A stretch of 35,472 nucleotides of DNA from a virus. The first letter of the stretch is position 1, and each line of letters starts with the position of its first letter. The stretch lies in IMG/VR virus record IMGVR_UViG_3300028008_000050; one strand, 5' to 3'. The notes below the pieces were generated by a model. It was not told the DNA's origin and searched no databases. It saw only the letters and a program-made list of their open reading frames with translations. The translations under genes and the position numbers were made by a program. Shown here piece after piece: positions 15,698 through 24,805 of this stretch.

Positions 15698-16239
15698 TGG
15701 ATAAAGTATACACAGGATACAATCAAGCTGTAATTGAAACACACTATGACGGATGGTCTGTTGTACATCAACAAGCAAACAATCACGTTACAGAAGTTAA
15801 AGACTATCCTAGACGAATACAAAGTACTATTGATCCTAACTGTTTTGTAGGTATGGAAAACTGGGTTAGAGATAAAATGAATGAACATAACATACCCGTA
15901 AAGAAAGTAACAGTAGACGAAAGCTGGTTGCACAACTACAAACCACACGAGTATCAGAGTGTACATAATCATACAGGCAAACCTAATCTAATTAGTTTAG
16001 TAATGTATGCACAAGATTTAGAATTAGATCTACCAAACGATAATTCGGGTTCGTTATACACGATTATTGCAGAAAGAGATCTTACCCTTAGTATTAATGA
16101 GATAGTACCTACACCAGGTAAAACAGTACTAATGACAGGCAACGTTAATCATGGAACGTACCCTTACCACAACGTAAGGAGTGCATTGGTTATCAATTTT
16201 GTAACAGAATGGCTAGAGCCAGAGGAAGAAATTAAATGA
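15697..16239 (+). CDS. Putative 2OG-Fe(II) oxygenase/cupin-like protein 3
   Basis: YQSVHNHTGKPNLISLVMYAQ...PTPGKTVLMTGNVNHGTYPYHNVRSALVINFV. Confidence 0.65.
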   Translation: MDKVYTGYNQAVIETHYDGWSVVHQQANNHVTEVKDYPRRIQSTIDPNCFVGMENWVRDKMNEHNIPVKKVTVDESWLHNYKPHEYQSVHNHTGKPNLISLVMYAQDLELDLPNDNSGSLYTIIAERDLTLSINEIVPTPGKTVLMTGNVNHGTYPYHNVRSALVINFVTEWLEPEEEIK

Positions 16240-16916
16240 GTTTAATAACCGAACAGTATGATTATAAAGAGCTAAAAAGAGAAAGCGTAAACGGCAAGCG
16301 TTTGTACGCTTGTCCAGATGGTAACCATGTAGCAAGTGTTACAACAATCCTTAGTAAAACGAAGGATATGACGCATTTAAACGCATGGCGTAAGCGTGTT
16401 GGAGAAAAGAAAGCACAAGAGATTGTAACAGAAGCCGCTAGTGTTGGAACACGTATGCACAAGTTCTTAGAGGATTACATACTAGAAGGCGAATGGCCAC
16501 AACCAGGCAGTAACCCTTACAGTCAACAAGCAAACAAGATGGGTGAACAAATCCGTGATAATGCTATGGTTGACGTAGATGCTATATGGGGTACAGAAGT
16601 GATGCTTTATCACCCTCAAATCTACGCAGGAACGACTGATCTTGTAGGAACATACAAAGGCCAGCCTTGTATTATGGACTTTAAACAATCTAACAAGCCT
16701 AAGAAGAAAGAATGGATTGAAGATTACTATTTGCAGTTAACAGCCTATGCCTTAGCACATAACGAAATATACGGCACAGACATTAAAGAAGGGCATGTAT
16801 TTGTATGCTGTCGCGACTTAACGTATCAGCAGTTTGATCTATGGCCAGACGAATTTAAGGAGTGGGAATCTAAGTGGTGGGACCGTGTATATCAATATTA
16901 TGACTCCATGAAGTGA
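16236..16916 (+). CDS. PD-(D/E)XK exonuclease (RecB/Cas4-like)
   Basis: VGTRMHKFLEDYI...GTTDLVGTYKGQPCIMDFKQSNKPKKKEWIEDYYLQLTAYALAHN. Confidence 0.88.
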   Translation: MSLITEQYDYKELKRESVNGKRLYACPDGNHVASVTTILSKTKDMTHLNAWRKRVGEKKAQEIVTEAASVGTRMHKFLEDYILEGEWPQPGSNPYSQQANKMGEQIRDNAMVDVDAIWGTEVMLYHPQIYAGTTDLVGTYKGQPCIMDFKQSNKPKKKEWIEDYYLQLTAYALAHNEIYGTDIKEGHVFVCCRDLTYQQFDLWPDEFKEWESKWWDRVYQYYDSMK

Positions 16917-16947
16917 TAAATACTAATAGCAAATTAGGAGAAATATA

Positions 16948-18576
16948 GTGGCGATTGTACAAATTTCACGTATACAGGTTAGACGCGGACAAAAGAATGC
17001 AGGTACTGGCATACCGCAATTAGCTGGCGGTGAGTTTGGCTGGGCTGTAGATGCTAGAGAACTTTACATTGGTAACGGTTCAGTATCAGAAGGTGCACCA
17101 GCAGTTGGTAATACAAAGATTATTACACAACATGATAACTTGTTTACGTTTGCAGACACATACAAGTACAAAGCAACGGATGAAACAATCCAAACAGGTG
17201 CTACTGCTACAACTCCAGTTACTAGAACATTACAAGAAAGACTAGACGAAACAGTAAATGTATTGTCGTTTGGTGCATTAGGTGATGGTTCAGATCAAAC
17301 AACAGTTTTACAAAGAGCTATTGATCAACTATACCTAAACAATGCATCAAAAGGAAGTGTTACAAGTAGAGTAAAATTATATTTTCCAGCAGGTAATTAC
17401 ACATTATCAAACAGTTTAAAAGTTCCGCCACATGCTACACTAGTTGGTGAAGGCAGTGAAAGAACAATCATTACACAGACTGGTGCGTTTCCAATTATAG
17501 AAACTGTTAATAGCACAAGTACTCCAGGTACATATGCCAGTGATGCAACTAGCTCATTTATTAATCAAGCACAAGATATTAAAGTGTCAGGCTTTACACT
17601 AGTACAACAAACTGTTAATACAGGACTAGCATTGACTAGTTGTAGAAACAGTACGTTTGAAGATATTACTATTAAAGGCACTTGGTCAACAGGTACAGTA
17701 GTAACAGCAACACAAGTTGGTGTACTATTAAACAGTTTATCAACAGCAGTAAGTTCAAACAATAATACGTTTACTAACTGTACTATCGAAGGACACTCAT
17801 ATGGTGTGTTTAGTGATTTTGATATTAAAGAAAATACGTTTAGTAATACAACATTTAAAACTTTAGACAGAGGTGTTGTATTTGGACAAGGAACTACTAT
17901 TGGTGCTCAAGGACAATTAACAGGTCCACAGAAAAATACAATTACTAGTAGTACATTTACAGACATTGACGAATACGGTATATTTGTTAACAAGGGTAAC
18001 TATAATAGAAGCACACATAACACATTTACTAGTGTTGGTAACAATGGTGGAGCAAACTCAAATGCTTCATTTGCTATTATTAAGTTTACAGACGGTACTG
18101 CATTAACTAATAGCAGTGACGGTGACTTCTTTGACAGAACAGCAGATTTGTCATATAACCAAACATTGATTTCAGGCTACAAATATGTACCAGAAGTTGA
18201 AGGGCCAGGATTATTTAAAAATGAGTTTTCATATAGAATTCCTGTAGCACAACAGAATACATTTGTAAGAGTATTAAAGTGTAGTGGCGAAGTTAGTAAA
18301 AACGTACAAATTGCGTATGTATACAAATCAACAGCCGTTAACGCAATTAGAGAAGGTGTACTAAACATCTTTGTTAACCTTGCAGACGGAACTACGCAAA
18401 CAACAGACGAGTTTACATTTTTAGGAACTGACGCATACAGACCTAATTTAGAATTTCAAACAGCATTAGCTGATGAGGATGGAGATGCAACTAACGAAAC
18501 AATAGTTGTGCAGATGAAGAATACAACAACTAGTGATACAGGGTCAATATCCTTTAACGTTACATATAAGACTTAA
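16948..18576 (+). CDS. Tail fibre/tailspike with right-handed beta-helix (pectate-lyase-like) domain
   Basis: N-term QISRIQVRRGQ...LAGGEFGWAVDARELYIGNG; then VNVLSFGALGDGSDQTTVLQRAIDQL...LYFPAGNYTLSNSLKVPPHATLVGEG and N/T-rich rungs. Confidence 0.88.
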   Translation: MAIVQISRIQVRRGQKNAGTGIPQLAGGEFGWAVDARELYIGNGSVSEGAPAVGNTKIITQHDNLFTFADTYKYKATDETIQTGATATTPVTRTLQERLDETVNVLSFGALGDGSDQTTVLQRAIDQLYLNNASKGSVTSRVKLYFPAGNYTLSNSLKVPPHATLVGEGSERTIITQTGAFPIIETVNSTSTPGTYASDATSSFINQAQDIKVSGFTLVQQTVNTGLALTSCRNSTFEDITIKGTWSTGTVVTATQVGVLLNSLSTAVSSNNNTFTNCTIEGHSYGVFSDFDIKENTFSNTTFKTLDRGVVFGQGTTIGAQGQLTGPQKNTITSSTFTDIDEYGIFVNKGNYNRSTHNTFTSVGNNGGANSNASFAIIKFTDGTALTNSSDGDFFDRTADLSYNQTLISGYKYVPEVEGPGLFKNEFSYRIPVAQQNTFVRVLKCSGEVSKNVQIAYVYKSTAVNAIREGVLNIFVNLADGTTQTTDEFTFLGTDAYRPNLEFQTALADEDGDATNETIVVQMKNTTTSDTGSISFNVTYKT

Positions 18577-19001
18577 TGCAAGAATTAAATTTTGAGAGCA
18601 GGCTCTTTGACTGGTCTAGATTTAGAAAGAAACTAGAAACAAGTAATAAGCCCTTCCAGGACGCAATCTCCTACTATGATAGACACGAACGCTGTAAATT
18701 AAGCATTGATCCTTGGGATCGTGCAACATGGCCTAGTCCGTGGGAGATATTACTCCAAAATAAAATTTGTGACTTGACACATAGCCTAGCTGTGTGTTAT
18801 ACTTTACAATTAACTGATAGGTTTTCCCAAAGTGATTTTGAGATACATATCAGTACAGATAAGACAAGTGAGGTATTTTTTTATCCTGTATTCGTAGATA
18901 ACCATGTATTGTGTTATGAATTTGACGAGGTTTGCCAAAGAGCAGATTTACCAACAGAATTTATATCACAACGCATATATCGAATGCCCCGGCTTCAATA
19001 A
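18576..19001 (+). CDS. Hypothetical protein (141 aa)
   Basis: 1-nt overlap with the tail fibre gene. Confidence 0.7.
   Translation: MQELNFESRLFDWSRFRKKLETSNKPFQDAISYYDRHERCKLSIDPWDRATWPSPWEILLQNKICDLTHSLAVCYTLQLTDRFSQSDFEIHISTDKTSEVFFYPVFVDNHVLCYEFDEVCQRADLPTEFISQRIYRMPRLQ
18774..18803 (+). promoter_or_regulatory. Intragenic sigma70-like promoter upstream of nrdA
   Basis: TTGACA - 18 nt - TATACT. Confidence 0.45.
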
Positions 19002-19052
19002 ATACACTTACATTAATATTAAAGATTAAGATTAAAGATTAGGAGATAGAGA

Positions 19053-21407
19053 ATGACAAACGGCTTGGGAATCCAAATCCAAAAAAGAGATGGGTCAAGT
19101 GTACCACTAGACATCAATAAAATTCACTTTGTTGTAGAAGAAGCGTGTGAAGGACTAGCAGGAGTTAGTAGTAGTCAAATTGAAATGAATGCAAACATTC
19201 AATTCTATGACGACATGAGTACAGCAGAGATTCAAGAAATCCTAGTTAAAAGTGCAAACGATTTAATTACATTAGAAAATCCTAACTATCAGTTTGTTGC
19301 GGCACGTTTATTATTATACCCTATCTACAAAGAGTCATTTGGCCAATACAATCCTATTCCTTTAATTGATGTAATCAAACGTAACATTGACCGTGGTGTA
19401 TACGATCCAGCTATCTTAGAAAAGTATACCGAAGACGAACTTTCAACATTAAACAAATACATTAAGCATAAACGTGATGAGAACTTTACGTATGCAGGAC
19501 TTCGTCAAGTAGTTGACAAGTACCTTGTACAAGATAGAAGCAGTGGTGACATTTATGAATCTCCACAAATGATGTACATGATGATCGCGGCAACATTGTT
19601 CGCAGAATATCCAGCACAATCACGTATGCAATATGTAAGGAGATACTACGATGCGACCTCCCTTTTTAAAATCAATATCCCGACGCCCGTTATGGCCGGC
19701 GTCCGCACACCTCTTAGACAATTTGCTTCTTGCGTACTTGTTGATAGCGATGATACCCTTAATTCCATTTTTAGTTCTGATATGGCTATTGGGCGTTATA
19801 CCGCACAAAGAGCAGGAATAGGAATTAACGCAGGACGTATTAGAGCAGTAAACAGTAAAATTAGAGGTGGTGAAGTAGCACACACAGGTGTTGTCCCATT
19901 CCTAAAGAAGTTTGAAGCAACAGTACGTTGTTGTACACAAAATGGTGTACGTGGTGGTAGTGCAACTACACACTTCCCAATATGGCATTACGAAATTGAA
20001 GACATCCTTGTGCTAAAGAATAACAAAGGTACAGAGGATAACAGAGTACGTAAGTTAGATTATTCAATTCAGCTTAATAAAACTATGTATGAAAGATTAT
20101 TATCCGGCGGCGATATAACTTTGTTCTCGCCACATGAAGTGCCAGACTTATACGAAGCATTTTATTCAGACCAAGATAAGTTTGCAGAGTTGTATGCAAA
20201 ATATGAACGTAGCAAAACATTACGTACAAAAACTATTTCAGCAATGGACTTGTTTAGTGCATTAATTAAAGAACGTGCAGAAACAGGACGTATCTATATT
20301 ATGAATGTTGATCATGCTAATACACACAGTTCATTTAAGGACACAGTTTACATGAGTAACTTGTGTCAAGAGATTACATTACCAACTAAGCCACTACAAC
20401 ACATTGACGATCCAGAAGGTGAAATTGCATTGTGTATTCTTAGTGCTATTAACGTAGGTAAAATTAACAATCTAGATGAACTAGAAGACTTGTGTGATAT
20501 GGCAGTAAGAGCATTAGATGAAATTATTGACTATCAGAAGTATCCAATTTTAGCCGCAGAGAAAAGTACTAAAGCAAGACGTAGCTTAGGTGTAGGTTAC
20601 ATTGGACTAGCACATTACCTAGCTAAGAATCAAGTTAAGTATAGCGACAAAAAAGCATTAACAAAAGTACACGAGCTAACAGAAGCATTTCAATATTATC
20701 TGTTACAAGCGTCAAACAATCTAGCTAAAGAAAAAGGCAAGTGTGAATATTTTGACCGTACTAAATATAGCGATGGAGTACTACCCATTGACACATATAA
20801 AAAGGACTTGGATGACGTATGCAAGATTACACTAAAATATGATTGGGAGACTCTTAGATCTTCAATTGTTAAGGACGGACTTAGGCACTCAACGTTGTCC
20901 GCACAGATGCCATCGGAAAGCAGTTCCATTGTGTCGAATGCCACAAACGGTATTGAGCCACCTAGAGGATTCTTGTCCATTAAGAAAAGCAAAAAAGGGC
21001 CTCTTAAGCAGATTGTTCCACAGTATCAGTCATTAAAGAACTATTACACATTGCTATGGGATATGCCTAGCAACGAAGGCTATATTAACATAGTAGCAGT
21101 AATGCAAAAGTTCTTTGATCAAGCAATTTCAGGTAACTGGAGTTACAACCCAACACACTTTGAAAACAATGAAGTTCCAATGAGTGTAATGCTACAAGAT
21201 ATGTTAACTACATATAAGCTAGGTTGGAAAACTTCATACTACCAAAACACCTATGACTTCAAGTCTGATCCTAACGATTTAGAAGATGAACAAGAAGAAG
21301 TTAAGTTAGAAAGCCCTATTAACGGCTTTGAACCACAGATTGGACGTGCGGAGTTTAACGGCACAGACGATGAGTACGAAGAATATTGCGACAGTTGTGC
21401 AATTTAG
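19053..21407 (+). CDS. nrdA: Class I ribonucleoside-diphosphate reductase, alpha subunit
   Basis: ATP-cone-like N-terminus, YNMANLCQ-type SNLCQEITLP, ILSAINVG, RHSTLSAQMPSESSSIVSNATNGIEPPR, C-terminal CDSC. Confidence 0.96.
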   Translation: MTNGLGIQIQKRDGSSVPLDINKIHFVVEEACEGLAGVSSSQIEMNANIQFYDDMSTAEIQEILVKSANDLITLENPNYQFVAARLLLYPIYKESFGQYNPIPLIDVIKRNIDRGVYDPAILEKYTEDELSTLNKYIKHKRDENFTYAGLRQVVDKYLVQDRSSGDIYESPQMMYMMIAATLFAEYPAQSRMQYVRRYYDATSLFKINIPTPVMAGVRTPLRQFASCVLVDSDDTLNSIFSSDMAIGRYTAQRAGIGINAGRIRAVNSKIRGGEVAHTGVVPFLKKFEATVRCCTQNGVRGGSATTHFPIWHYEIEDILVLKNNKGTEDNRVRKLDYSIQLNKTMYERLLSGGDITLFSPHEVPDLYEAFYSDQDKFAELYAKYERSKTLRTKTISAMDLFSALIKERAETGRIYIMNVDHANTHSSFKDTVYMSNLCQEITLPTKPLQHIDDPEGEIALCILSAINVGKINNLDELEDLCDMAVRALDEIIDYQKYPILAAEKSTKARRSLGVGYIGLAHYLAKNQVKYSDKKALTKVHELTEAFQYYLLQASNNLAKEKGKCEYFDRTKYSDGVLPIDTYKKDLDDVCKITLKYDWETLRSSIVKDGLRHSTLSAQMPSESSSIVSNATNGIEPPRGFLSIKKSKKGPLKQIVPQYQSLKNYYTLLWDMPSNEGYINIVAVMQKFFDQAISGNWSYNPTHFENNEVPMSVMLQDMLTTYKLGWKTSYYQNTYDFKSDPNDLEDEQEEVKLESPINGFEPQIGRAEFNGTDDEYEEYCDSCAI

Positions 21408-21410
21408 TAC

Positions 21411-21439
21411 TTGACAAATACATAAGACTAGTGTATATT
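21411..21439 (+). promoter_or_regulatory. Sigma70-like promoter upstream of nrdB
   Basis: TTGACA - 17 nt - TATATT. Confidence 0.8.
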
Positions 21440-21473
21440 AATAAATACGCTATTAGAGAAAAAAGAGAGAGAC

Positions 21474-22577
21474 ATGGCAAAGACAGTATTTAATCGTGAA
21501 GCTGTAGACTTCACAAAGCAACATATGTTCTTCGGAGCAGATCAAAACACACAGAGATACGATACATTTCGTTTCCCTGTATTTGACAAACTTAACCAAA
21601 CAATGCTTGGTTACTTTTGGCGTCCTGAGGAAGTATCGTTACAAAAAGATAGAGCTGACTTCCAAAACTTTCGTCCAGAAGAAAAACACATTTTTACAAG
21701 TAACCTAAAGTATCAAACACTACTAGATAGTGTACAAGGAAGAGGACCATGTCTTGCTTTCTTGCCTCATGTATCTTTACCAGAACTAGAAGGTTGTATT
21801 GTTACTTGGGACTTCTTTGAAACTATTCACTCACGTAGTTATACACACATTATGAAGAATGTATATCCTAATCCAAGTGAAGTATTAGATCATATTTTAA
21901 ATGACGATGAAATTATTAAACGTGCAGTTAGTGTAACTAAAAACTATGATGCATTTACAGGTGCGGCAGACGCATTCATTCATCGTAAAGAAGGAACCAT
22001 GCGTGACGTTAAGAAAAAAATGTTCCTTGCTATGATGAACGTAAACATCTTAGAAGGATTACGTTTTTATGTTTCGTTTGCATGTACATTTGCATTTGGT
22101 GAGCTAAAGAAAATGGAAGGCTCAGCAAAGATTATTAGTCTTATTGCTCGTGATGAAAGTCAACACCTTGCATTAAGTTCACACGTTCTTAAGAATTGGA
22201 TGCGTGGCGATGACGATCCAGAGATGGCTAAGATTGCAAAAGAATGTGAAGCAGAAGTTTATGAAATGTGGAAGGCATGTGTTAACGAAGAAAAAGCATG
22301 GGCTAAACATTTAATGAAAGACGGATCAATTATTGGTCTGAACGAAAGACTGTTAGGCGATTACGTAGAGTACATTGCCAACCGTAGGCTTAAAGCATTA
22401 GGATACTCAACTATCTTTGATGCATCATCAACCCAAAACCCGCTACCGTGGACACAACATTGGCTATCTAGCTCAGGCTTGCAAGTTGCACCTCAAGAGA
22501 CAGAAGTTGAAAGTTATATCATCGGTGGGATTAAACAAGACGTGTCAACAGACAGTCTAAAAGGATTTAAACTATAA
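21474..22577 (+). CDS. nrdB: Class I ribonucleoside-diphosphate reductase, beta subunit
   Basis: TWDFFETIHSRSYTHI, ARDESQHLALSSHVLKNW, YIANRRLKALGY, NPLPW. Confidence 0.96.
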   Translation: MAKTVFNREAVDFTKQHMFFGADQNTQRYDTFRFPVFDKLNQTMLGYFWRPEEVSLQKDRADFQNFRPEEKHIFTSNLKYQTLLDSVQGRGPCLAFLPHVSLPELEGCIVTWDFFETIHSRSYTHIMKNVYPNPSEVLDHILNDDEIIKRAVSVTKNYDAFTGAADAFIHRKEGTMRDVKKKMFLAMMNVNILEGLRFYVSFACTFAFGELKKMEGSAKIISLIARDESQHLALSSHVLKNWMRGDDDPEMAKIAKECEAEVYEMWKACVNEEKAWAKHLMKDGSIIGLNERLLGDYVEYIANRRLKALGYSTIFDASSTQNPLPWTQHWLSSSGLQVAPQETEVESYIIGGIKQDVSTDSLKGFKL

Positions 22578-22840
22578 TGCAAAAGGCAGACAACAACACC
22601 ACAGTAGTATATTCAAAACCAAATTGTAGCTATTGTGTAAAAGCAAAACATCTATTAAAAAGTAAAGGCGTAGACTTTATCGAAATGATTATTGGTAAAG
22701 ACATTCCAGTTGAACAGTTGATGGAAGAATTCAAAGTTAATAATCTTCCAATGCCACGAACTGCTCCGCAAATTATTTTCAAGGGTAAGTATATGGGTGG
22801 TTATCACGAATTAGAAAAACACTTAGAAACTGGAGAATAA
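22577..22840 (+). CDS. Glutaredoxin
   Basis: VVYSKPNCSYCVKAKHLLKSKGVDF...MPRTAPQIIFKGKYMGGYHEL. Confidence 0.93.
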   Translation: MQKADNNTTVVYSKPNCSYCVKAKHLLKSKGVDFIEMIIGKDIPVEQLMEEFKVNNLPMPRTAPQIIFKGKYMGGYHELEKHLETGE

Positions 22841-22843
22841 TAT

Positions 22844-23161
22844 ATGTTAATTGAAGCACCTTACAAAAAAGGCGATATTGTTACTATTAAACTTATGTCA
22901 GGCGAAGAGCTTGTAGGTAGGTTTGAAAAAGAAGATGATAAACAAATCCAACTTCATTATCCACTAACACTAGTTGCTAGTGAAAAAGGTATTGGCTTAC
23001 AACAGTTCTTGTTTACAGCAGAAGTAAACAGAAGCTATACTGTTAAGCATACTGCTATTTCTTTATGTGTACCTACTGCAAAACAGTTTGCTGAAGCATA
23101 CGAAAAACAAACATCACCAATCATCAAAGCACCTGCAGGATTAGCTGACATCATTAAATAG
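22844..23161 (+). CDS. Hypothetical, possibly Sm-like beta-barrel protein (105 aa)
   Basis: GDIVTIKLMSGEELVGRFEKEDDKQIQLHYPLTLV resembles an Sm-type fold. Confidence 0.6.
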   Translation: MLIEAPYKKGDIVTIKLMSGEELVGRFEKEDDKQIQLHYPLTLVASEKGIGLQQFLFTAEVNRSYTVKHTAISLCVPTAKQFAEAYEKQTSPIIKAPAGLADIIK

Positions 23162-23192
23162 CAGATAAATACTTTGTAAGAGGAGTATTAAT

Positions 23193-24158
23193 ATGCCAGA
23201 AATGATTTATAGACGTATTCAAGACAATGGTAGTATTGTTAACTTTAATGTTGAAAAAGAAGGTACACCATTTATTATTGTTACATATTTAGGAAAAGAA
23301 ACAAGGGTACATGGCCCACAAGCCGCTCTTGATAAAAAGTTTGCAGGTGGAACACCTAAGTATGTTGATGATACTGTAGATGCTAAAGCAGTTAAACTTG
23401 AAACTGCCTGTGATGCTACAATGGCAACTGCAACAGATGCCTGTGCAGTTATGGGTAGTATTGGTTCATTAGCACCTGATGTTGAAACAGCTATATCAGC
23501 CTCCGAAACAGAAGAAAAAATTAACGAGTTACTAACAGAGTCTATGGACGTGGCAGGTGAGGCAACTGAAAAGATTTCTGAAATCAATACTAACATTACA
23601 GATGCAACAGCTAAGACAGAAGAAGTTAATGCTCTTATCGAACGTTTAGAAGCAATAGAACTTGACGATGATACTCCGGATCCGCAACTGTACACAGTAG
23701 CAAGAGAAGAATTAGAAACTGCCTTAGACAATTATATTAATGGTGTGTCTGAGACAATGAACGACTTAAATGAAGTACTAGGTGATGAAGCACCAGACGT
23801 TGGACAAGAGATTAACGATGCGTGTGCAGTAGTGTCAGAAAACATTGGTGCATGTCAAGGTGAACTAAGTGCAATGGTTGCCGCAGTTAAAACAGGTAAC
23901 TGTAAAGGAATAACAACTGCACTACAAAATACAAAGTTTACACCTAGTGGACAAGCAGGTGAGATTAAAGAGAAAATGAAAAGCGATGTTCCGGCACAAA
24001 CAAGAACTATACAATCAAATGGTAGTATTGTTAACTGGAATATTGACAAGAAGAAACCTTTCAGAGATGTTATGCACCAAGGTAAGCTAACAAGAGTATA
24101 TGCTACAACAGAACAACTAGACAAAGCATTTCCTGAATCAATATTGGTAGCAGTATAA
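23193..24158 (+). CDS. Baseplate/tail-associated candidate with a duplicated terminal domain (321 aa)
   Basis: N-term NGSIVNFNVEKEGTPFIIVTYLGKETRVHGPQAALDKKFAG and C-term NGSIVNWNIDKKKPFRDVMHQGKLTRVYATTEQLDKAFPE copies. Confidence 0.7.
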   Translation: MPEMIYRRIQDNGSIVNFNVEKEGTPFIIVTYLGKETRVHGPQAALDKKFAGGTPKYVDDTVDAKAVKLETACDATMATATDACAVMGSIGSLAPDVETAISASETEEKINELLTESMDVAGEATEKISEINTNITDATAKTEEVNALIERLEAIELDDDTPDPQLYTVAREELETALDNYINGVSETMNDLNEVLGDEAPDVGQEINDACAVVSENIGACQGELSAMVAAVKTGNCKGITTALQNTKFTPSGQAGEIKEKMKSDVPAQTRTIQSNGSIVNWNIDKKKPFRDVMHQGKLTRVYATTEQLDKAFPESILVAV

Positions 24159-24805
24159 TGAGTGCTATACCTAAAGTTCAATTAAAAGCTAACAGTCAAC
24201 TTGTTAACTTTAATGTTAATACTAAGTTGAATAGTGAAATCAAAGTTATAAATGGTGTAGAAACAGAAGTGTTTGGTGATCCTTCAATGATTGCTGAACG
24301 ATTTCCTGACCTACCAGAAGCATCGTTACCCGACTTTGGCATTCCTGATCCTGCGGCAGACTTACCTGTAATACCATCTGATCTAGGTGGACTTATACCA
24401 GATTCAATTAAAAATGCTACAGCTAACAAATTAGAACTAGCTAAACAATCAACAGCAAGTGCAAGTTCTAAGATAGGTAATTTGTTTACTAGCTTTGCTG
24501 GTTTAGATACAAGAAAGATATCTGAACTTGCATCATTAGGAGAACTAGAAGCAAAGATTCATAACGCTAAAGTATTACTTGGTGATGTTCCTGCATCAGC
24601 AGAACCTAAGTCAGCTGAACCAAGTAACAAGCCTGCGAAGTCATTACAGATACAAAGCGGTGGTGGCATTGTTAACTTTAATGTTAATAAGAAACTTCCG
24701 TACAAAGATGTTATGTATGATTACATGAGCGAAGGTTTAAAACTGTACAGAATATACGGTACACAAGCACAACTAGATTCACAATTTCCAACAGGGTCAG
24801 CATAG
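24158..24805 (+). CDS. Second protein with the same duplicated terminal domain (215 aa)
   Basis: N-term NSQLVNFNVNTKLNSEIKVINGVETEVFGDPSMIAERFPD and C-term GGGIVNFNVNKKLPYKDVMYDYMSEGLKLYRIYGTQAQLDSQFP. Confidence 0.7.
   Translation: MSAIPKVQLKANSQLVNFNVNTKLNSEIKVINGVETEVFGDPSMIAERFPDLPEASLPDFGIPDPAADLPVIPSDLGGLIPDSIKNATANKLELAKQSTASASSKIGNLFTSFAGLDTRKISELASLGELEAKIHNAKVLLGDVPASAEPKSAEPSNKPAKSLQIQSGGGIVNFNVNKKLPYKDVMYDYMSEGLKLYRIYGTQAQLDSQFPTGSA

Noticed and set aside
23219-23731. 170-aa minus-strand Ser/Val-rich ORF
   Set aside because: Mirror of the plus-strand coding sequence with Thr/Ala-rich composition; no independent support.
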